64,000 bases of DNA from Barthelona sp. PCE (taxonomy: Eukaryota): the NCBI GenBank assembly GCA_040285745.1, contig JAUFOR010000004.1:868001-932000 (forward strand), given 5' to 3'. Shown piece after piece: positions 20,601-30,731 of the stretch. A program made the translations under genes and the position numbers. Within the stretch, counting starts at the first letter, position 1, and each line of letters begins with the position of its first letter. The notes under the pieces are model-generated. The model worked only from the letters and a program-made list of their open reading frames with translations, did not search any database and had not been told where the DNA came from.

Positions 20601-23265
20601 CAACACCAATGTCGTTTTTGTTCAAATTAGTTCGATTTTCAGTTCGAGATATGTGCTGCCGATACGAATTTATGTCAAAGAATTTGTACTTATCTACAAG
20701 AAACTCAATTGGGAGCGATGCCTCTGATAATAACAGTGAATCCGTCACAAAAATGTTAATACGCTTCATACCAAAACTCTTGATAGCAAAGTGGAATATA
20801 TTAACATGAAGCTTGTTCATATTTTCAATCAGCTGAGAAATTTCATCCCTACTGGAAGGGATGAAACGAAGTACTGTACTATCGTCTTTTTTAAACAAAT
20901 CGTGCAAAAAGAACCAACACGATGAGTCTAAGTGTAATGAAAATTCTCCCTTCTTCACGTCTAGGTGGAAGAAACTCACGCATTTGAGATAACGCACTGT
21001 ATTCTTTGGATTCAAATTGATTTCCAACAACATCTTAAAATAGTACGAGACAAGTGCAAACTTTCGACGTGAAATGTCATCGCGGCGCATTACAATTGTT
21101 AAAAGACACATGATGCACTCGATGCAATAGACGTCTATCTCCTCGTTTATCTGGCCTACTGCGACATACAGGTTTACCAGCATCTGAAGGCGTTCTCTTA
21201 CACCGCTCCTGAACATTTCAAAGTGGGACGGCTTGGAGTGCATCTCCCTGTGCTTCTTGCCAAATATGGTGGAGTCGAGCAACATACCAACGATTATGGT
21301 GTAGACGCGAAGGAGATATCGGATCAGATCAACGCATCTGCTGGCAAACATCACCTGGTCAGACATGGGTTCTTCGTTGAAGAACCTCTCAATATTGTAC
21401 TGCTCCAATCGGTTCCCTGCTCCACTGAGGAAGGACGCACCCACACTCATGGCGTTCTCAAGGCTGTCGAAAACTGCTTCCGCAAAGAGAGGAAAAATGG
21501 CCTCGTTGCTGATGATGTGCTCGGTTAGCAACTGAAGCACTATTTTTCTCTGCTCCAACGTCGCACGCTTGCCGAATATAAAGAGATCAAACAATCTGCT
21601 TACGTGTTCCCCCATGTGCACCGATGACACTAAGACATTGATGTGCTTCCACGCAAAAAAGACACTACAACGGCTAGATACATGCTCAAAGAACGAAAAA
21701 ATTCGACCATACATCATGTGAAGCACGATAATGCTTATTGACTGCTGAATGTAGAGCACAATATCAACGAAAATGTTAACAGCCGCCATAACCACATCGC
21801 ACTTACCAGCGCCAATGAGGTCGTCAACAGCAACGTTGAATAACTCTGTGTTGACATCATCAAATATGAAAAAAAGAATATCAACACATAGTTGGACGTC
21901 GGTCTGATCCTGTGTGATAGCAAACAGTACCCTGTTCAAAATATGCTGCAAGAGAAAGTACTGCAGCTCCTGACTGTGTGGAATTAATCTAATAATTGTA
22001 ATATACGCTTCCACAAATAGAGAATCGCACAGATCAAGCAAAGAATCGAGCACTGGAATGAAATACTCCAAACTGGTACTGTCTTGCTTGACAGTGTCGA
22101 ATGTGGACTCTAAAAGAAACTTCTTTATGTAAACTTCTTTGCTCTTCAACATCCCTATTCCGTCAAAATTGCGCGTTTCCTCTTCATCCTCTTCAAAACT
22201 GAAAAAATAAACAAGAACTTCAAAAAAGAACTTCTCATTTGTTTGTTTGAAGTCAAACTTATCAAGAATAATGTGTTGAAAAAAGGTAAATTGCTCCTTA
22301 CTATTAAAGAAAAAGTCGTTCATGTCACCAATATCCATGCGGTTGAGATGCAGAAAGTACTGTAAAAGTAACTTAAAGAGCGCACCATCATATTTTTCAA
22401 CATAAAGAAACGTAAAGTGATTCTTCTTAACGGTGTATAAAATCTCTATAACACATCCAAAAACACGCTTGTAATCAATTTTTTCATTTAATCTAATCAG
22501 ATAGTAATTGCATAAGAGCACAGCAATCAGGCAAAAATGCAACTCGTCTTCTGAAAAGTAAACAAAAATGCTATCGTCTGAATCTGAGCTGAAAACGAGC
22601 AAAAGTAGTTCAAATATTTCATTCATAAACAGTTTAATCAAATTTTTAGCTGATGGTATGAAACAGGCATCCATTGTGTTCAAAACAAAACTAATATCCT
22701 CAATTTCAGGCCATACATCATGTATCACTGATTCTACAAACACACCTATTGTCTTCCCGATGACTAACCCACTCTGAAAGAAGCCCTTCATGACTCGGAC
22801 TGTCTGGTGTGGTTCAAAAAACCTTAGCTGAATAAGCATGGCGTAAGAAGCAATGACAGCATGCAAAGAGTTGAACTGGTACTCGGCAACAACGGCTAGG
22901 AGTTCCCGTGCCTGGTTTCTAGCATCTAATGCCAGATCGCCCTCCAATACATCGTTCAGTGTTTCACTGTTCTCTATTTCCATAACAAAAAAGCTTGCCA
23001 TGTGGAACAGAAGCTTTACGCAGTCGCCACAACTATACACATATTCTTTGCTCAGTTTCTGCAACAACTCAAAAACAACAAAAAAATCAGGAAATTCCTT
23101 CACCAGCTGCCTTATTGAGAGCAATAGATCGATAAAACTGTCATCTAAGAGTTTTTTGTCCCGTGCCTTTGCATAAAGCGGATGTAACAATATTTCTGAG
23201 TAATTAACGCTCTTTTTTTCAAAAAGATCCACTAATTCAATCGAAAATGTTTCCAGAATGCTCAT
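17653..23265 (-). CDS. Tuberin (TSC2)/RalGAP-alpha-like Rap/Ran-GAP domain protein
   Basis: Helical N-terminus; C-terminal VSPSLLYEML, ALQRLD...YTVGVLY, ITYHV and RKQIENDNIVIVY (Asn thumb retained). Confidence 0.8.
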   Translation of the reverse strand: MSILETFSIELVDLFEKKSVNYSEILLHPLYAKARDKKLLDDSFIDLLLSIRQLVKEFPDFFVVFELLQKLSKEYVYSCGDCVKLLFHMASFFVMEIENSETLNDVLEGDLALDARNQARELLAVVAEYQFNSLHAVIASYAMLIQLRFFEPHQTVRVMKGFFQSGLVIGKTIGVFVESVIHDVWPEIEDISFVLNTMDACFIPSAKNLIKLFMNEIFELLLLVFSSDSDDSIFVYFSEDELHFCLIAVLLCNYYLIRLNEKIDYKRVFGCVIEILYTVKKNHFTFLYVEKYDGALFKLLLQYFLHLNRMDIGDMNDFFFNSKEQFTFFQHIILDKFDFKQTNEKFFFEVLVYFFSFEEDEEETRNFDGIGMLKSKEVYIKKFLLESTFDTVKQDSTSLEYFIPVLDSLLDLCDSLFVEAYITIIRLIPHSQELQYFLLQHILNRVLFAITQDQTDVQLCVDILFFIFDDVNTELFNVAVDDLIGAGKCDVVMAAVNIFVDIVLYIQQSISIIVLHMMYGRIFSFFEHVSSRCSVFFAWKHINVLVSSVHMGEHVSRLFDLFIFGKRATLEQRKIVLQLLTEHIISNEAIFPLFAEAVFDSLENAMSVGASFLSGAGNRLEQYNIERFFNEEPMSDQVMFASRCVDLIRYLLRVYTIIVGMLLDSTIFGKKHREMHSKPSHFEMFRSGVRERLQMLVNLYVAVGQINEEIDVYCIECIMCLLTIVMRRDDISRRKFALVSYYFKMLLEINLNPKNTVRYLKCVSFFHLDVKKGEFSLHLDSSCWFFLHDLFKKDDSTVLRFIPSSRDEISQLIENMNKLHVNIFHFAIKSFGMKRINIFVTDSLLLSEASLPIEFLVDKYKFFDINSYRQHISRTENRTNLNKNDIGVVYSLNLINERANAFVTLLNQLLLRNQRFYMNEKLRKYTISFLEELLGKNKRRPLFLTATIENNIIRFFNYLLSSMPQDQLEKFFKYIFLFLTRVIKRSNVTLKQNALVLLLKSLRNYFKWLLYMLKKLNVMEKKDMKDKKKMKKVFNMYTKRFFSIFKEFVLNNLIMIYNHAVPLANKFISLLLDCLKLNNLSVYAFLSSNEVLVPLISYLTEQEVSRPGVVGYGCYLLKLRIFIQMTPIERKQCVSVFTDQLRPNWPISGLLKSFFSTYVDSMMPVFYKRYNPSLDYATYFDEDTTPDFPTGEFVSLSELPTESRNAKTRLISHYASPNKVISIIVDRTDATVLMVSRTAFATEEFVFGRMHGLSFGTLRLLNNMRCEEPSLPEMRRFWDTLASPDGVEYFLGVMSEAVVERSDRDNSLGGVELSTESFPNIMTSVEERLKTFAEMEAHSVTITRQGTPTISPVPSTSPSLEVEAISHEQKRVEVRKVDAECQVELDREKKMLNFIGRPTERKKSVATVELVQQLQRSHHISDNALLIHSTMYEEDSDFDVRSASETNSMHSSFAVSDIDNPEFHVDSPINVSTVPINRPVSANPFSTNKREFPNQSVMFMPGTRMPFNSKNPHLPLNMISHAETVNSAPVSRGGSITASPSLENHKKSFFFKKQHKELFLDVKEAIPMSACMEEPLLFKPTNDGPKKRFLARNPAVAALQLTNIPAPLFSYVRHVSPSLLYEMLCADEFVQLKNSKMNANALQRLDEQRTVEIYTVGVLYLSSIPITNEIYKRSSTSNPFLATISQFGEFYREDEMENMYGSRYSDYVLMHLSDLTQITYHVPFLLPEVFDARKQIENDNIVIVYCSEDVNAEKVPIVVSSAVTWIEIFIEVIVPEQTFRISFRTTSSTPQYVKTLIDKESQLGCFRNNMLCSFSELGYVIRDVVLYFSRLFKLLPSGLPGGELKEWWTVDFFGNRLRQINRIFNQNNQK

Positions 23266-23323
23266 CCCTACATTGATTTCAAAAAAATTCAACAAGAAAG
23301 ATAGAAATTTAATAACACTTTTT

Positions 23324-26300
23324 TTACATCTCAAAAGCAGCATTCATATTTTGTGTTGTTACAAAATGTGATGCTTCACCATCCACTTTGAAGGCAGCCA
23401 ATGGTTTAACCATATTTTTCCGTTCAGGCAGAGCTTTCTTCAATTCCTCAATGGGGAGCTCGATACTCTCTAATGAGTAGTCTGACAGTGAGCAATAAAC
23501 TGTGTGAAGATACTTATACACGTCATTGACAGGGAAAATCGATGGGAGCTGACGAAGTCTAACAACATCAAGGAATTCTTCGGGTGTCACTTCGTTGTTC
23601 TCAAACTTGAACGGGACATCGAACGAGTTTAAATTATGGATCATTTGCTTGAGGCCTGACCAACGTCTAGCTGTTAGAATTGTGTGTATCTTCTGAATTG
23701 TTGAAATATCATCAAGCTGCACATCCTTCTGTTCCTGGATGATGCCACGTAGCGTACTTAACTCATCCATGTCGATACGGCGCATCTTCTTCTGCTCGCT
23801 GACAATATGAACAAGGAAGTCTCTTGAGGAAAGGTGAGAACTAACTAATCTTTCCAAGAGATGTGTGTAGCTTGTAATGAAGTGTATGTCCTTGCTGAGC
23901 TTCTCTACAAAGTCCACAAGCAGTGTCTGAGCGGTCGTGGAGTGGAAAACTTCAGGAAGGGACCAATGCGTGCAACTCAGCGCATACTTGCGGAATGCGG
24001 CAATGATCAACTTGACACCCTCTGTTTGGCCCGTTGCAAGCACATCGAATACGTGGCTCTTTGCCTTGGAGTCAAAGTTGTCTGTAATGCGCCTTCTAAT
24101 ATCAGTGCAATCCTGTAAGAACTTGTGGACCAAAGCATCATCGAGCGTTGCACCCTTTTCTCTCTTCAGACGGCGATGCCTGCTGGTCAGATCACTCAGC
24201 TGGGATGTGAGATCATCTATATGCCTTTGCTTCGAGTTCAGTGCAATGTCGATGACTTGGTCGACGTGGTTCGTCAGGATGCTCTTCTTCGCGTTCATCG
24301 AAGCTACAATCTTGAGTGCATCTCGGGACAGAGCACGGATCTCCGTCACCTTATCGTCCAAAATCTCAGAGATGTCGACGTCGAGCAGCTCCTTGACGAG
24401 CGACAATGCGTGCTCGGGCATCTCATGAACAGTCTTCACGGCATCCGCAAGTCTGTGGAGCACGCTCTTTAGCACATCAAAACGTTTTTGCATTCCCGAA
24501 TCCAGTTCGTCACATTCCAAATCAATCTCAGGTAGATCTTTATCACGTTTACGTGAAAGTAGTGCTGCAACGGGTGTTAGCTTCTTCGATATGTGTTTGC
24601 GCTCCTCCGTTTCCAGACGGGAGCTCAACGCCATCTTCTTCGCTTCAAGTAACTCAGTCTGAAGCGCAGCCACGCCTGAACTTGGCTTGGTTATCTTTGG
24701 CGGTACGGGTGAGGTCTCTTCCGGTGCTGGACGCACTGCATTCTTCGGCACACTGTCTTTAATGAGCTCAACAACATCATCTCTCAGATCACCTCTGTTC
24801 AAGAGAATTGCAAGTTCATCTGATGCGTTACGTACCAGTGTGTTGGCAAGAATACCAATTGTTGTGCTGAGGTGCTTAATTCGCTCATCCTGTTCCTCGA
24901 TAACCTCCTCCAAAATAGTAGTGGCTTCCAATACTTGCATGTTCTCGTCAGCGAGTATCTTGTTCTCGTTGCGGAGCTGCGTCTGTGTCTGGCGGAGATC
25001 CGTGAGCATCTTTGTCATGTGAGTCTTGGGAACTACAGGCGACATGGGTTCGGGTCGAAGTGTGGACATCAACTCCAGATGCTTCCCGATGAAATCCGTC
25101 TGAGCTTTCTTGCGCAAGTGTGTGTCTGAGAGTTGTTCCACCTGTGCTGTAAGTGTCAATAGCTCGCGCTTCTTCTGCTCGATATCTATGCCAAGCTTAC
25201 GCGCCTGTTCACCCAACTGCTTCTTGACAATAGACGCTTCTTCCTTCACGAGCTCTGAAAGCTGGGTACGACGATCGCGCGCCCTCTCCAACTCATCGAC
25301 TAGCTGTCCATTCTTAATTTCAAGCACTCTCATCTGCTCATCCTTGGATTCGAGATCACCGTGTAAGTCTGAAATCTTTTGCTGCAGATTAGACACGCTT
25401 TCAAGCATTTTGAGTTCTGCTGAGCGGCTCTGCTTCACCGTTGAATACATCTGATCACGAAGATCAATGTACTTGGTGAACTCTTGATTGCGAACTTCCT
25501 CCAGTAGTAAGTCAAACTTCTTTTCCTTTTCACGGACCTTCAATCGAGACCCGTTAAGCTCACGGTTCAACTCCTCCTTTTGTTTGATCAAACTCTTATT
25601 ACTCAGCTTAAGAGTCATCAAAACAGTATCAAAGGCTTTTTGGTACTCAATCAATTGAGAAAAGATCGGTAGTCCATCAATATCCTCAATGAGGTAATCA
25701 TTTAGATCAGAGTTTGATTGACATTTGACCAGGAAATCCTTGAGTACGTTTTCCAACTGATTCATGTTGGTGCTCAACTCAAAGTTTCGCTTTTCCAATA
25801 GGTTTTGGTTATCATTATACACGCCGATGTCATCTTCAAGTAGGATGACCTTCATTGCAAGCTTTTCAAGCTTTTCTTTATACACAATGCTCAGCTCACG
25901 CAGCTTAATAACATCAACCTCATTGTCAATGTCGACCTTGTTAAGCAAAACCTGACTGCCTCCGTCTGATTTGATGGAGTGGTCGAAATGGTCAAAGATT
26001 GTAATCTGCTTAAGCTTGTAGTCGATATCTTGGTACTTCTTTTGCAATTCACGATGGTTCTTCTGGAGCGCAAAGTTTGACTTCTCAAGAATATCAAAAT
26101 CTTCCTTCAAAGTCAAATATAATGGGTTATCAACAACGTTTGTAGCCTCACTGAAGAACTTCGAGTTCTTTGATACCCTTGATGTTTCGAATGACTCTTT
26201 GAGCTCGATAATGACATCCTGACGTCTGGTTAGTTCCTTTTGCTGGGTAGAAATAACCCCCTCCAGCTCCTGAATGCGCTCAGTCATCGCGCGGTTGTTC

Positions 26301-26707
26301 ATCTGTGCCTGCTTAAGCTTGGTGTTCATGTTTGTCATACGTGCGCTGTATTGCAATTGACTCTTAGCAACATTAACGGACACTCTTTCTCCTTCTTGAT
26401 CATCTTCAACAGGCTTCTCTGCTGCTTTCACCTCCTTCTCGTGCTGAAGCGTCTCAATAATGCTCTGCTTAGCACGAATATCAAGATGCAAATTTTGAAT
26501 TTCTTCGTCTGCTAAGGTCTTCTTTTGGGCAAGAGTTATGATTAATTTCCGCGCAAAAGCAATTGATGCCTGCGATTCAATCGATAACAGTTTATAGTCG
26601 GCAGAAGTTTCAAAATCATCTACTAGAGATAGCCCCTCGTTAACTAATTGATGTATTTGAGCCTGCTCCTCTGACAGTAGTACGTCTTGTGGGTCAACCT
26701 TCTGCAT
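23324..26707 (-). CDS. Long coiled-coil protein
   Basis: 1127-aa heptad-rich ORF; no catalytic motifs seen. Confidence 0.8.
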   Translation of the reverse strand: MQKVDPQDVLLSEEQAQIHQLVNEGLSLVDDFETSADYKLLSIESQASIAFARKLIITLAQKKTLADEEIQNLHLDIRAKQSIIETLQHEKEVKAAEKPVEDDQEGERVSVNVAKSQLQYSARMTNMNTKLKQAQMNNRAMTERIQELEGVISTQQKELTRRQDVIIELKESFETSRVSKNSKFFSEATNVVDNPLYLTLKEDFDILEKSNFALQKNHRELQKKYQDIDYKLKQITIFDHFDHSIKSDGGSQVLLNKVDIDNEVDVIKLRELSIVYKEKLEKLAMKVILLEDDIGVYNDNQNLLEKRNFELSTNMNQLENVLKDFLVKCQSNSDLNDYLIEDIDGLPIFSQLIEYQKAFDTVLMTLKLSNKSLIKQKEELNRELNGSRLKVREKEKKFDLLLEEVRNQEFTKYIDLRDQMYSTVKQSRSAELKMLESVSNLQQKISDLHGDLESKDEQMRVLEIKNGQLVDELERARDRRTQLSELVKEEASIVKKQLGEQARKLGIDIEQKKRELLTLTAQVEQLSDTHLRKKAQTDFIGKHLELMSTLRPEPMSPVVPKTHMTKMLTDLRQTQTQLRNENKILADENMQVLEATTILEEVIEEQDERIKHLSTTIGILANTLVRNASDELAILLNRGDLRDDVVELIKDSVPKNAVRPAPEETSPVPPKITKPSSGVAALQTELLEAKKMALSSRLETEERKHISKKLTPVAALLSRKRDKDLPEIDLECDELDSGMQKRFDVLKSVLHRLADAVKTVHEMPEHALSLVKELLDVDISEILDDKVTEIRALSRDALKIVASMNAKKSILTNHVDQVIDIALNSKQRHIDDLTSQLSDLTSRHRRLKREKGATLDDALVHKFLQDCTDIRRRITDNFDSKAKSHVFDVLATGQTEGVKLIIAAFRKYALSCTHWSLPEVFHSTTAQTLLVDFVEKLSKDIHFITSYTHLLERLVSSHLSSRDFLVHIVSEQKKMRRIDMDELSTLRGIIQEQKDVQLDDISTIQKIHTILTARRWSGLKQMIHNLNSFDVPFKFENNEVTPEEFLDVVRLRQLPSIFPVNDVYKYLHTVYCSLSDYSLESIELPIEELKKALPERKNMVKPLAAFKVDGEASHFVTTQNMNAAFEM

Positions 26708-27326
26708 AATTTCGAAAAGGAATGAAAACGGTTTAACAAATCTATTTCTATATTTTTACTTATACAACACCATTTACTACAGTATATTCGTGTTTTGTGC
26801 CCACATAAATGTGTTCAATTAGCAAAATTTTAAATTATAGTGATGAAAAACAATTACTAAATACATAACATAAATAAGCCCAGTTATAAGGTTCGAATTG
26901 ATGTATTGAACCCTGCAAATATGTTTAAACTTAGTATGACTCAAATTTATCGACTTTTCTGCTTTTTCATGAATTGATGATCATAAAAAAAACACATTTT
27001 ATCCTCAAAAAACACTTGAATGTCGCTTTAAATGAAGAAACACAACTACACTGTCCATATTTATACTACATCGTAAAGAAAAAATTCATCTTCACAACAA
27101 ACTTAACAAACAATATATCAGCACGTTAACACTTGTTATCCTGCTATTTAGTGACTATAACCTTCGTTGGAATATCAAAAACAAATATAAAAGTCAAATA
27201 CAGTTTTCTCTACAATGAGCTTTGATACAATGTTTACAACCTCTGAACGCACATACATCATGTTATTCTGCACAAAGCATAAAGTGAATAAACTCTGCAA
27301 GGCTCATACAATGCCAAACAACTTAG

Positions 27327-27340
27327 CTCCTTCCTTTTCT
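27327..27340 (+). promoter_or_regulatory. Pyrimidine tract (TCT/5'TOP-like) before RPS15
   Basis: CTCCTTCCTTTTCT ending 16 nt before the ATG; a similar tract lies before RPL7A. Confidence 0.35.
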
Positions 27341-27356
27341 ATTTATTACCTGAACC

Positions 27357-27791
27357 ATGGCTCCTAACAAAGGTCCCTCTCGTAAGGTCCGCAAGTACCG
27401 CGGTATTGACGTTGTCGATCTCTTCAGCATGGAAGAGTCCGAGTTTATGAAGCTCCTCCCTTCTAGAATCCGCAGAAAGTTCACCCGTGGTCTCCGCTTC
27501 AACGAAAGAGCACTCATTGAAAAGTGCATCAAGGCCAAGGATGCTGTTAAGGATCTTGTCGGTGTCAAGCCCAAGCCTGTTAAGACTCACCTTCGTTCTA
27601 TGATCGTACACCCCGCTATGGTTGGCTCTATCGTCGCTGTGTACAACGGTATTAACTTCAATGTTGTTGAAGTCCGTCCTGAGATGATTGGTTACTACCT
27701 TGGTGAATTCTCTCTCTCCTACAAGCCTGTGCAGCACGGTGATCCTGGTAAGGGAGCTACTCGTTCCAGTACCGCTACTGCCCTCAAGTAA
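27357..27791 (+). CDS. RPS15: 40S ribosomal protein S15 (uS19)
   Basis: KTHLRSMIVHPAMVGS, EMIGYYLGEFSLSYKPVQHG and GATRSS. Confidence 0.98.
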   Translation: MAPNKGPSRKVRKYRGIDVVDLFSMEESEFMKLLPSRIRRKFTRGLRFNERALIEKCIKAKDAVKDLVGVKPKPVKTHLRSMIVHPAMVGSIVAVYNGINFNVVEVRPEMIGYYLGEFSLSYKPVQHGDPGKGATRSSTATALK

Positions 27792-28308
27792 GCACTTTTT
27801 TGTGTAAAGGAGTCCTTCTTAGTTTCTTTCCCACTAAGTATCTCTTATGCGACTGAATTAGGACACTTTAACTCTCTACAATAAACAAAAATGTTGTTAA
27901 ATTGTGTTGTTTTCATTTTTTACTTGTTCTTGCTATGTATTTTGAAAGAAGTCTCAGAATATATTTAGTGGGCTAGCACTAACTGAAATATACGTTTGAA
28001 AGGCATGAAAATAAGAAATAACATTGAATGAGCGGACCTGTCCATCCAAATTTGGATAATCAGGTTTGTTTCCTTATTTATAAATTTCAAGATTGTTATT
28101 TTAAATATTTTTATTTTTTCTTAGGAAAAAAACAGCTTTTTAGTCAAAAAGAAAAAAGAACCATTGTGAAAAGTAGAGTATATCACTAAACTAATTTTTC
28201 AATGCAATAAATACCATACAGGATAGATATTACATTTAAGTGTCATAAAATATGTGCCCCCGCAAAATCACATTTGTTTTTCTCATTAACATCCCATTTC
28301 ACAGTGCA

Positions 28309-30180
28309 ATGACGACAGAAACAAACGTAAAGGTTTGTGTCAGAGTGCGTCCTCCAATTCCAGAGGATTATAAGTCTGAATTTGAGTTTGAAAATTGTGT
28401 GGAAACAAATGAGCAAGGAACATCTCTTTCGCTCTTACAACCACCTTATCTTCGCCGAGATTTTGCATTCAACGAGGTCATAGACTCAACTAAGGATCAG
28501 GAATATACATACAACCTAGTAGCAAGTGATTTAGTCAATGATGTGCTTCAGGGATATAACGCAACACTTCTGTTGTATGGACAGACAGGTGCTGGTAAAA
28601 CGTATAGCTGTTTCGGTCCACAAAGTGATTGGCAACCCGAATTACGTAAACCTAATGATCCACCACCGTTTTCTCAAGCAGGTATCGTTCCTCGCATTGT
28701 TTTACAGATTTTCGACCATATTGATTCAAAGGAAGACACCGAATATCGAGTTAGTGTTAGCTTCTTTCAGATTCATATGGAGCAAATCAACGACCTTTTA
28801 GATACAACACGCTCAAATCTCCCTATCCGCGAGGGTAAACAGGGTATTTTTGTTGCAGGCCTGTCGCAGGCTGTCGTCTCAAATCCAGCCGATGTACTAG
28901 ATCTCATAAAGGAAGGTGTGCTCAAGCGCGCAACATCCGCAACACGAATGAACTTGACATCCTCTCGGTCACATGCAATCCTTCAGTTCCTCATCGAGCA
29001 GAGGTCGGTGTCTGAGCAAAGTGTTGTGAAAAGGGGTGTCCTAAACGTGTGCGATTTGGCAGGTTCCGAACGGGTAGATAAAGTCATGGGTGCACCAGGC
29101 ACATTTGCAATGCGGAATGCAGAGGACGTGCTTCTGAGCGAGATGAAAGTTATTAACCTTTCTTTGAGCACACTGTCAAAAGTTATTCACGCGCTAGCCG
29201 ACCGTGACCGCAGACACATTCCCTTCCGTGAGTCGAAGTTGACGCGATGCCTTCAGGACTCTCTTGGCGGAAACGCAAAAACAACTTTGGTAACATGTAT
29301 CGGTCCCTCAGTCAGTAACTTCGACGAAAGTCTTTCATCGCTGCGTTTTGCACATCGTGCAATGCAGGTTAAGATGCGCCCTGTTGTCAACGAAGAGACA
29401 GACTGGCGTATTGTCCAGAGATCCCTCCACGAGAAAGTAATGTCCTTGAACAATGAGAATAGGCAGCTTGAGGACGAAAACTCTCAGTTGAAGACAGAAC
29501 TAAATTCACTTCGCACGGTTCTTGAATGTCTCCCTGAAAATTTGAAGGCTGAGATACAGCAGTTCATTGACTCAGCTGAATTTGGCGATTACTTGGCAGG
29601 AAATTCCCCCGTAAAGAGAGAACAGGCTCCCCAACAGCCTATGAGCCCTATCGAGAGAAAGATCAACCAATATTCAGCAAAGCGGAAGTCCAGTCTTTCT
29701 GCAACCACAATACCTGTTGAGCCTGTCCCAGTGCAGCAAATGTTTACAGTGATGAGTGAAACAGATATGAGTGAACTGAAGCGACTGCGAACGCTTTTCT
29801 CCTACGATAGCTCTGAGGCGCCTTCAGTGCGTGAACTTCAACTGTTAAGACAGTTAGAGACGCAGACAAGCAAGAAGGACACCTCCCTGGGTCATAGAGT
29901 CCTTGAAAAGTTGTTGGAACTGCCTGAAATGAGAGTTTCGATAAATAATGTGAAATTTGAGACGGAGTTTAGGGATCTAACTGAGCAGATTTACTCTCTT
30001 AACAACCCTAATATACCTAATATCCCAATGAAGGTTGAGAATCTGAACACAACCAAAAACTTAGTCTCACCAGCAATGTATGCTTCACAATTAAAAAAAA
30101 GTGTTGTTGATGTTTCACATAAGCCTGAAGGTACTAAGTTGGAGTTTGAGGATGATTTTGATTTTGATTTTAGCTTGTAA
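28309..30180 (+). CDS. N-terminal motor kinesin
   Basis: VKVCVRVRP, P-loop GQTGAGKT, switch I SSRSH, switch II DLAGSE, HIPFRESKLT and a coiled-coil neck. Alternative ATG at 28252. Confidence 0.96.
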   Translation: MTTETNVKVCVRVRPPIPEDYKSEFEFENCVETNEQGTSLSLLQPPYLRRDFAFNEVIDSTKDQEYTYNLVASDLVNDVLQGYNATLLLYGQTGAGKTYSCFGPQSDWQPELRKPNDPPPFSQAGIVPRIVLQIFDHIDSKEDTEYRVSVSFFQIHMEQINDLLDTTRSNLPIREGKQGIFVAGLSQAVVSNPADVLDLIKEGVLKRATSATRMNLTSSRSHAILQFLIEQRSVSEQSVVKRGVLNVCDLAGSERVDKVMGAPGTFAMRNAEDVLLSEMKVINLSLSTLSKVIHALADRDRRHIPFRESKLTRCLQDSLGGNAKTTLVTCIGPSVSNFDESLSSLRFAHRAMQVKMRPVVNEETDWRIVQRSLHEKVMSLNNENRQLEDENSQLKTELNSLRTVLECLPENLKAEIQQFIDSAEFGDYLAGNSPVKREQAPQQPMSPIERKINQYSAKRKSSLSATTIPVEPVPVQQMFTVMSETDMSELKRLRTLFSYDSSEAPSVRELQLLRQLETQTSKKDTSLGHRVLEKLLELPEMRVSINNVKFETEFRDLTEQIYSLNNPNIPNIPMKVENLNTTKNLVSPAMYASQLKKSVVDVSHKPEGTKLEFEDDFDFDFSL

Positions 30181-30199
30181 AACGATTTTCTACCTTATC

Positions 30200-30724
30200 A
30201 TGGAAGTAATCCATTTTTTGTGGATCTTCGCGTTGTTCTCTAGTTGTTTGGGTCGTGTAAGATTGCGTCCAGAGCATTCAAAGCAGATTCTACTTAAATA
30301 CGATGAACATTTCTGCATATCTCTGTACAATTTTCTTCCAGATACTTTTTATGAGGTAATTCTTTCATATTCTGGCGCACAGAGGAGTGTTATTCACATG
30401 TTTCTCAATGAAACGAACCATTCAGGCTTGCAAGACATTGGAAAATTGTCATTCTCCACAGACAGCAATGGAGCTATTAGTGACTGTGCAGGCTGTCAAC
30501 TGTGTGTCCTTGCCCAATTTGACACCAAAACTATGGGCGGAGCCGATGCTCCTCTGTTTTTGGAGTCCATCATCTCCTTGAATACCTTAATGGGCGAGGT
30601 GATTCCATTTTCGATGATGCCCCTCATTGTAATATTCATTGCATCTATCGGCCTTGTGATTCCATTCGCTTGTAGATGCTTTCCTAACCTCTCCGATACA
30701 GTTGAAAAAATAAAAAAAGAATGA
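30200..30724 (+). CDS. Small type-I membrane protein with signal peptide and C-terminal TM
   Basis: MEVIHFLWIFALFSSCLG signal; YEVILSY...LQDIGKLSF; C-terminal TM followed by a KIKKE ER-retrieval-like tail. Confidence 0.7.
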   Translation: MEVIHFLWIFALFSSCLGRVRLRPEHSKQILLKYDEHFCISLYNFLPDTFYEVILSYSGAQRSVIHMFLNETNHSGLQDIGKLSFSTDSNGAISDCAGCQLCVLAQFDTKTMGGADAPLFLESIISLNTLMGEVIPFSMMPLIVIFIASIGLVIPFACRCFPNLSDTVEKIKKE

Positions 30725-30731
30725 GTATATT

